Source: Oligoflexales bacterium (lineage in GTDB: Bacteria; Bdellovibrionota_B; Oligoflexia; Oligoflexales; JAPPIL01). From it: a DNA stretch of 64,000 bases. The position numbers and the translations under genes were made by a program. A model generated the notes under the pieces. That model worked only from the letters and a program-made list of their open reading frames with translations, had not been told where the DNA came from and made no database searches. The stretch spans positions 1,280,001 to 1,344,000 of the forward strand of contig OZ244057.1 of assembly GCA_965215515.1 (NCBI GenBank), given 5' to 3'. This document shows, in pieces, positions 57,645-64,000 of the stretch (position 1 is its first letter; the number at the start of each line of letters is the position of its first letter).

Positions 57645-59675
57645 TTGTTGTGGTTGCGTGGCATCAGGTTCGTGTCGGTTTGGGTGGTATGGGTAGTGGT
57701 TGGGGGGCTGATTGTCAGCGGTCTTGACCGAGCTCTGTTGGCGCATGGCGGTGAACACACCGCCGTTGCGGAAGGATCGGAGCACGCGCAGGAGCCAGCG
57801 ACACGCGACCGAGGGATGCTGATTATCTATGACGACGATGATCTACAGGTTCGTTATGGCGAATACAGCGAGACTGAATTCACCTTGGCATGGGCAGAGG
57901 GGCGCGGTGACGATTACCGTCGTGCAGCAATCGACTGGCAGGTCGTCGGCTCGCAGTTGCCCGCAGGCTTGGAACTGGCTGCGATCGGGGCTGTTGAACG
58001 CACGCGGGCAGTCGTCTTCGGCACCGCGCGGTTCGTCGGGCGATGGTGTTTCACCCTTGCCGCACGGTTTGGAGAACGGCGGACGAGTCGGCAGGTGTGT
58101 TTCTTCGCGGCCCATAACGGGCGGCTGAGTTATCCGCGCTTTTCTAGCTCCGCCCGTCTTGATCGTGCCCAAAGAGATCGTGCGTACCGTGACAAGATAA
58201 GGTTTGTGCGCGGGAATCGCCGCACGCGTGTTAGTGTTGCCTGGCATAACCTCCCTAGTTCACTACGGGTTACAACGCACAACCGACTCGGCTACGTCGA
58301 GTTAAGCGGCACGCCACGCGATCGTGACAGCCATGTTGTCCACGGTCGGTCTGTCTCCCAGGAGACTCCCCCACGGCTGGCGGAGTTGTTTACGGTCAAG
58401 GATGGATGGCGCTCGCGTTTTGCGGCACGTGGCCGCTATGCCTATCGTGTCACCGCGGTTTATCCCGACGGCGAAACTCGCGCCGCGGCCAACCCCAGCA
58501 TCGCGGTGATGGCAGGCGAGGTGGTGTTCGCAACGATTACCTATGACAGGCGACCCTTTTACTTCAATGTCTTCCGTGCCACGGGGACCTACGGTGATGC
58601 ACGTTTCATCACCCGTCTGACCCCACAGCCGTCTGGAACGGAATATCTGCTCGACAGCAATACTGTTCCGCCACGCACGCTGCGGGCAACGGGCAACTTT
58701 TACCTCATGCTCAAGTTGACCCACACCGACCGCACGGGTGAAGTGGTTAGTAATTGGCGGCAGTTTTCTTTGTTCATCGACACGGCGAGGGGGGAGACGA
58801 ATCCTGGTCGCCGTTACCGCTGTCCCTCAGGCTACTACTACGACGCGGTTTTGCGGCATTGTGTGCAAGGTCGTGGTGCTCCGTGTCCGAGAGGCACGTA
58901 TTACGAACCCGCCGATGACGCTTGTCGGAGTTATCCTACGCGTCGCTACTGCCCTACGGGCTATTATTTCGATCACTTTTTGCGGCGTTGTGTGCTCGAC
59001 AATTACCCGCGCTGTCCGTGGAATTATCGTTGGGATTCATTTTATCATCGGTGTATGCCTGATCCCTACTGGTGTCCGCTGGGTTTTTCCTACGACTGGT
59101 GGTGGGGGCTTTGCCTGTTCACCGATCATCGCTGTGCACGTGGTTGGCACTACGACTACGGGGTTAAACGCTGTGTGCGCAATCACCGTGCCTGTGCTCC
59201 TGGTTATGGGTGGGATCGCCACACCCAGTCTTGCCAACGCAACCGCCGCAACTGCCAGGTGGGCTACCACTGGTCGGCACGCTTAAATCGTTGTGTCTAT
59301 CACGGCAGTGTGCGGTGTCGTACTGGCTACCGTTACGATACCAGACGCAGAGAATGTGTCCGCATCGGTCGTGCCCGCCGCTGCCCGCGTGGCGAACACT
59401 GGAGTCCGAGACACGGACGTTGTATCGACAACAGCCGTCCGACCAGGAGACCGACGGCAAGACCGACCCGCACACCGACAAGACGACCGACGGCAAGGCC
59501 GACAAGACGACCGACGGCAAGGCCGACCCGCACACCGACAAGACGACCGACCGCGAGGCCGACCAGGAGACCGACGGCAAGACCGACGGCAAGACCGACC
59601 CGCACACCGACAAGACGACCGACCGCGAGGCCGACCCGCACACCGACGAGTTCGCACCGCGGAGGCGTGCAGTGA
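57645..59675 (+). CDS. Secreted adhesin-like protein: Ig-like N-region, ten C-x12-C repeats, Arg/Pro/Thr tail
   Basis: AGGAGG RBS; hydrophobic N-terminus; LPAGLEL and LPSSL..LSGTP Ig-like signatures; CPxG(Y/W)x(Y/W/F)DxxxxxC repeats; xxPT x18. Confidence 0.8.
   Translation: MLWLRGIRFVSVWVVWVVVGGLIVSGLDRALLAHGGEHTAVAEGSEHAQEPATRDRGMLIIYDDDDLQVRYGEYSETEFTLAWAEGRGDDYRRAAIDWQVVGSQLPAGLELAAIGAVERTRAVVFGTARFVGRWCFTLAARFGERRTSRQVCFFAAHNGRLSYPRFSSSARLDRAQRDRAYRDKIRFVRGNRRTRVSVAWHNLPSSLRVTTHNRLGYVELSGTPRDRDSHVVHGRSVSQETPPRLAELFTVKDGWRSRFAARGRYAYRVTAVYPDGETRAAANPSIAVMAGEVVFATITYDRRPFYFNVFRATGTYGDARFITRLTPQPSGTEYLLDSNTVPPRTLRATGNFYLMLKLTHTDRTGEVVSNWRQFSLFIDTARGETNPGRRYRCPSGYYYDAVLRHCVQGRGAPCPRGTYYEPADDACRSYPTRRYCPTGYYFDHFLRRCVLDNYPRCPWNYRWDSFYHRCMPDPYWCPLGFSYDWWWGLCLFTDHRCARGWHYDYGVKRCVRNHRACAPGYGWDRHTQSCQRNRRNCQVGYHWSARLNRCVYHGSVRCRTGYRYDTRRRECVRIGRARRCPRGEHWSPRHGRCIDNSRPTRRPTARPTRTPTRRPTARPTRRPTARPTRTPTRRPTARPTRRPTARPTARPTRTPTRRPTARPTRTPTSSHRGGVQ
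59433..59648 (+). repeat. 12-bp coding tandem repeat, 18 units (SRPT/RRPT/ARPT/RTPT)
   Basis: ccgac recurs every 12 bp. Confidence 0.92.
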
Positions 59676-59703
59676 GGCAGCCGTTATCTGTGCGTAGGTG
59701 ACG

Positions 59704-60735
59704 ATGCGTCCGCGTCGTATTCTGCTGGTGGCAGTGGCGTGCTTATCGCTGGCGGTGTTGCTGGTTGCTGTGGGGGTGTGGAGGTTACAGCACTGGGGGT
59801 CTGCGGTGCGTAACTTGACGACGGGGCAGGTGGTATCTTTTCCCGCGGGCACTTCTTTGCGATCTTTAGCGCAGGCACTGGCACAGGCGGAGGTGGTTGA
59901 TTCCGCCCTGCGGTTTCGTTTTTTCGTGCGCTGTTGTGCTGACTTCAGAAAATTTCAAGCGGGTAATTATCGCTTCAGGGGTGCAACAAGTCCCGCACAG
60001 GTTGTGGCACGTATCGTTGCGGGGGATGTTCATGTCGAGCTGCGGCTGCGTTTCGCCGTGCCAGAGGGGTTTACCCTCGCCAAGATCGTGATGCGTCTGG
60101 CTGAGCATGGACTCGGTACGCAGGCGGAGCTGCGGCAGTTGGCGCGTGACCGTGAGCTGCTTGCCGAGCTCAAGATAGCCGCAGACTCTCTGGAGGGTTA
60201 TCTCTATCCTGCCACGTATAGTTTTTATCGGCGGATGCCGACGGCGCGGCAGGTATTCACGCGTATGGTGACAAAGTGGCGTGCGGTGTTGCCTGCGGAT
60301 TACGAGCAGCGAGTGGCGGCAAAGGGCTTAACTCTGCACGAGGCGGTGACGATGGCTTCGTTGATTGAGTTGGAGACAGCGCACGACGATGAACGCGGCA
60401 AGATTTCCGAAGTTATCTGGCGACGACTCAAGGATCGCACTCCGTTGGCGATCGATGCTGCGGTCATCTATGGCATCGAGGACTACCGCGGCGATTTAAA
60501 ACGCCGTCACTTGCGTGATGCTTCCAATCCCTGGAATACTCGTATTCACAGGGGGCTGCCGCCTACTCCCATCGGCTCACCGTCGCGTGCCTCGCTGCTG
60601 GCGGTGTTGCAGCCGACCGATGAAGGGCATTATTTCTACGTTCTGATTCCTGACGGCAGCAAGCGGCATCATTTTTCTCGTACCCTGCGCGAGCATAATC
60701 GCCATGTGCGTAAGCTAATACGGGCGGCACGCTGA
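59704..60735 (+). CDS. mltG: Endolytic transglycosylase MltG
   Basis: VPEGFT, LEGYLYPATY, ASLIELET, PWNTR..GLPPTPIGSP. Confidence 0.95.
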   Translation: MRPRRILLVAVACLSLAVLLVAVGVWRLQHWGSAVRNLTTGQVVSFPAGTSLRSLAQALAQAEVVDSALRFRFFVRCCADFRKFQAGNYRFRGATSPAQVVARIVAGDVHVELRLRFAVPEGFTLAKIVMRLAEHGLGTQAELRQLARDRELLAELKIAADSLEGYLYPATYSFYRRMPTARQVFTRMVTKWRAVLPADYEQRVAAKGLTLHEAVTMASLIELETAHDDERGKISEVIWRRLKDRTPLAIDAAVIYGIEDYRGDLKRRHLRDASNPWNTRIHRGLPPTPIGSPSRASLLAVLQPTDEGHYFYVLIPDGSKRHHFSRTLREHNRHVRKLIRAAR

Positions 60736-60765
60736 ACGCTCAGATACACAGCGAAGGGTTGTGCG

Positions 60766-62769
60766 GTGTTCTATCAGGTTGCGGTTGATGCCCAGGTAGA
60801 TCGGCTCCACACCTATCGTCATCGTGAACACTTGTCGCGCGGCACACGCGTGTTAGTACCTTTCGGGTCGCGGCAGAATTACGGTGTGGTGCTCGACCCT
60901 GTGCCCGCCACCAACTTTCCCTACCGCGTCAAGGACATCGACAGAGTGCTGGAGCACGAGCCTTACTACTCGCCCACCATGCTTAAACTGGCGACATTTG
61001 TTAGCAACTATTATTTCTGTCCGCTGGGACGCGTGTTGGCACTGATTGCCCCTCGTTATCTCGCCAAGGGTAAGGTGAAACGGGACAACTGCGACACACC
61101 GCCTCGTGTCGTAAGCAGCGCCGCACCGACCCTGACTGCGGCACAGCGACTGGCCTTGCATGCCGTACAACGGTGCGGCAATCGCAAACCTGTGCTGTTG
61201 CACGGTGTGACCGATTCGGGCAAGACCGAGTTGTATCTGCACCTTATCGCGGCACTGCTCAGTGCTTCACCGACCGACCTTGCCCCGCAGTTTCTTGTCA
61301 TGGTGCCTGAGATCGCTTTGACGGGGCAGATGGTGCGGGTATTCACGCAGCGGTTTCCTGCCCAGGTGGTGGTGGCACATTCTGCGCTCACCGTCTCACA
61401 ACGCTGGCATGCCTATCGTTTGTTAAGTAGCGGGGAGCGGGCGATCTTGATCGGGGCGCGCTCCAGTATTTTTGCCCCTTTTGTCAATCTCAAGTTGATC
61501 GTCGTCGATGAGGAACATGATAGCAGTTACAAGCAAGGCTCACAACTCGCTTATCATGGGCGTGATCTCGCCGTCTATCGGGCGCAGTTGGAGCGGGCGC
61601 AAGTTGTGCTCGGCAGTGCGACACCGTCGTTGGAATCGTGGCACAACGCTGTGACGCACAAGTACCAGCTGGTCGCATTGCCGACCCGCATTCACCCGCA
61701 CCCCCCTCGCGTGACGGTAGAGCGGATCAAGTCACAGGTGCGGCACGCGGACCTCACCGCCGTCGGTGAGGGGCAAGATGCCTGTGTTTTCAGTGCGGCG
61801 ACCGCGACGCGCATCGCCGCTACCCTTGCTGCGGGACAGCAGGTGATCGTTATTATCAATCGCCGCGGCTTTTCGCACTATCTGCTCGCCAAAGACAAAG
61901 GCGATGTCGTCACTTGCAATAACTGCAGTGTCAGTCTGACTCTGCACAATAATTTGCAACTGCTCAAGTGTCACTACTGTGGCTATCGTGTCCCACTTGC
62001 CAAAGTGTTGGAGGAACGGGTGCGGGAAAACTTGCAGGTCTGTGGTTATGGCAGTGAGCGGGTTGAAAATACGCTACGACAAAAATTTCCCACCGCTATC
62101 ATCGACCGTCTTGATTCCGACACTGTTGCACACAAGGGGCAGTTGGAGAAGGTGTTACAACGCTTCCGCCAGCGCGAGACCGACATCCTAGTCGGCACGC
62201 AGATGTTAGCGAAGGGGCATGATTTTCCCCATGTCGCCTTGCTGGTGATCCTGCATGCCGACCAGATGCTGGCGATGCCTGACTTTCGTGCTGCTGAGCG
62301 TCTGTTTCAATTGCTGGTGCAGGCGATGGGGCGTGCGGGGCGCAGCAACAACCCTAGCGAGGTGCTGGTGGAGACTGTTCGCCCGACCTTGCCTATTATG
62401 CAAGCGGCACTGGCACAAGATTATCATGCTTTCGCACACCACGAGCTCGCTTTTCGCCAGCAATTTCGCTACCCGCCCTTCACTCGCCTCGCTTGTCTCG
62501 AATTGAACAGCAGCGACGCGAAAAAATTACAGGCGACGACACTAAAGATCGGCGCTTTCTTCGCGGACAGCGGCGATCTACGTATTCGCGGCCCCGCCGA
62601 CCCGCCGCTGCACAAAATCAACCGCCGCTACCGCAAAGTCATCTACTTCTGCGCTCGTGATGCGTGTGAGTTGCACGCCACGCTGCGCACTTGGCTACCA
62701 CAACTGCAACGTTTGATACCCAGTGGCATCAGAACTATCGTCGATGTCGATCCCCAAACAACGTTGTAG
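60766..62769 (+). CDS. priA: Primosomal protein N'
   Basis: LHGVTDSGKTELY, VPEIALT, DEEHD, GSATPS, NRRG, CxxC pairs, GTQMLAKGHDF. Confidence 0.96.
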   Translation: MFYQVAVDAQVDRLHTYRHREHLSRGTRVLVPFGSRQNYGVVLDPVPATNFPYRVKDIDRVLEHEPYYSPTMLKLATFVSNYYFCPLGRVLALIAPRYLAKGKVKRDNCDTPPRVVSSAAPTLTAAQRLALHAVQRCGNRKPVLLHGVTDSGKTELYLHLIAALLSASPTDLAPQFLVMVPEIALTGQMVRVFTQRFPAQVVVAHSALTVSQRWHAYRLLSSGERAILIGARSSIFAPFVNLKLIVVDEEHDSSYKQGSQLAYHGRDLAVYRAQLERAQVVLGSATPSLESWHNAVTHKYQLVALPTRIHPHPPRVTVERIKSQVRHADLTAVGEGQDACVFSAATATRIAATLAAGQQVIVIINRRGFSHYLLAKDKGDVVTCNNCSVSLTLHNNLQLLKCHYCGYRVPLAKVLEERVRENLQVCGYGSERVENTLRQKFPTAIIDRLDSDTVAHKGQLEKVLQRFRQRETDILVGTQMLAKGHDFPHVALLVILHADQMLAMPDFRAAERLFQLLVQAMGRAGRSNNPSEVLVETVRPTLPIMQAALAQDYHAFAHHELAFRQQFRYPPFTRLACLELNSSDAKKLQATTLKIGAFFADSGDLRIRGPADPPLHKINRRYRKVIYFCARDACELHATLRTWLPQLQRLIPSGIRTIVDVDPQTTL

Positions 62770-62778
62770 GTATGGAGT

Positions 62779-63561
62779 TCAGGATAATTTTCCCCCCAGC
62801 GAGGTGAGCAGATCGCGAAAATCGGCAGGCGGTGGGACATCGAAAAGGCAGGCGACCTGCGAACGCGGGTGTTGAAAGGCAATTTTGCTGGCATGTAGCA
62901 TCTGTGCGGGTAAGCTGTGCACCTCGGCACGCAGGCGGGGGGGAAACGCGTGGGGTAACATGGTCGGGCGATGGTAGAGGTTATCACCCAGCACGGGAGT
63001 GCCGAGGGCGACAGCATGCACTCTGATCTGGTGTGTACGTCCTGTGTTTAGCTTGATTTTGGCGAAGGTAAGGCGTTGTTGGAAGCGTTGCAGGACGAAG
63101 AATTCGCTGACCGCGTAGCGACAATGGCGGGCACGAACAGGGTGGGGATGTGATCGCATCCGCAAGCGTTGTTTGCGGTCACGGCTCAGGTATGACTGCA
63201 CGTATGCGTAGTCACGGGGTAGGTTACCATCGAGCAGAGCAAGATACTCTTTATGTACTTGCCGTGCCTTGAACTGCGCCTGCAGCTGCGCTTGCACCTG
63301 GTGGTTGTGTGCCACCAACAACACTCCGCTCGTGTCTCGATCGAGACGATGCACAAGCTCCGCGCGCGGAGACGTGCTGCGCACACCAGCCAGCACTGCG
63401 TCGATGGTGTAGCCACGCGCTTTGTCGAGTACCAGCAGGTCAACATCTTGGGCGACGATGGTAAAGGGTGGGTGCGATATATCTTCTGCCTCTACTGATA
63501 TCCTGCCAGTGCCACCACCCGTGCTACGGAAACGACAGCCAGCAAGAGACGGGTGTAGCAC
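62779..63561 (-). CDS. RluA-family pseudouridine synthase
   Basis: LVHRLDRDTSG, TGRTHQIRVH, GDNLY, QMLHA. Confidence 0.92.
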   Translation of the reverse strand: MLHPSLAGCRFRSTGGGTGRISVEAEDISHPPFTIVAQDVDLLVLDKARGYTIDAVLAGVRSTSPRAELVHRLDRDTSGVLLVAHNHQVQAQLQAQFKARQVHKEYLALLDGNLPRDYAYVQSYLSRDRKQRLRMRSHPHPVRARHCRYAVSEFFVLQRFQQRLTFAKIKLNTGRTHQIRVHAVALGTPVLGDNLYHRPTMLPHAFPPRLRAEVHSLPAQMLHASKIAFQHPRSQVACLFDVPPPADFRDLLTSLGGKLS

Positions 63562-63708
63562 CTAAGCTAGCGCGTGTAAAGCGGAGCGCTTCAGCAAGTA
63601 TGGCAACTACAGATGATCTTTATAAAAACCAAAAAAAACTTAGACAAAAAAAAAACAGTCGATCGTTTTGTCAGGGGGTGCTTTTAGTTTCTTGGTAAGG
63701 GGGGGTTC

Positions 63709-64000
63709 GTGCGGACGAGGGTAGCGGGTTTAAGTCTGGTGGAGTTGATGGTCGCGGTGACGGTCGTCGGCATTCTGGCGACACTAGCAATCCCTCGTTA
63801 TCACGCTTTTTTGGTGCAAGCACGGCGGGGTGAGGCACGCAGCAATCTGCACCATATTGCCTCCCTGCAGGCGATGTTCAGGATCGAACATGGGCAATAC
63901 TACTTCAGTGCTGCGCTGGCTACTAACGGGGTGGGTTACAAGGATGGTCTTGATGTTGTCGGCGATTGTACCGATTATAGCGACGATAGGGACGCGGGAT
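63709..64000 (+). CDS. Type IV pilin-like protein (runs off the window)
   Basis: MRTRVAG|LSLVELMVAVTVVGILATLAIPRY...ARRGEARSNL. Confidence 0.9.
   Translation, partial: MRTRVAGLSLVELMVAVTVVGILATLAIPRYHAFLVQARRGEARSNLHHIASLQAMFRIEHGQYYFSAALATNGVGYKDGLDVVGDCTDYSDDRDAG

Noticed and set aside
59164..59852. Several overlapping ORFs across the 12-bp repeat
   Set aside because: Stop-free alternative frames of a tandem repeat; only 57645-59675 has an RBS and a coherent domain structure
63709..64000. Pilin with Leu instead of Phe at +1
   Set aside because: Hydrophobic +1 variants are known, Glu5 is conserved, and the gene is incomplete in this window

Overview
Bacterial chromosomal window. Gene content tentatively suggests a Bdellovibrionota/Oligoflexia-like, possibly host-associated lineage (inference only). 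The backbone is housekeeping: prkA, nusA-infB-rbfA, rpsU, aroC, queA, scpAB-rluB, ftsW-ftsQ-ftsA, rpmA-obg-nadD-rsfS-comF-mutS, rnhC, prs, mltG, priA and three tRNAs (Asn, Cys, Asp). Several normally conserved operons are missing their usual members here. Many secreted or lipoprotein genes are interspersed: two VWA proteins, an internally duplicated Cys-rich protein, trypsin/matrixin/SGNH hydrolases, a DUF285-repeat protein, a MACPF-like protein and a type IV pilin. Main points of interest: (1) a ~9.1 kb AT-richer island after tRNA-Asp, bounded by 62-bp direct repeats and filled with broken defence genes, where protective parts (two methyltransferase cores, DUF2283, an RpnS-like C-terminus) remain open and toxic parts are cut; (2) a MACPF-like/unknown/NagZ operon behind a candidate attenuator; (3) an adhesin-like protein with ten C-x12-C repeats and an 18x xxPT tail; (4) a LuxE-LuxC fusion coupled to queA; (5) an Obg with degenerate G3/G4 motifs; (6) repeated local flips in strand compositional skew. 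All family calls come from motif recognition by eye; no database searches were run.
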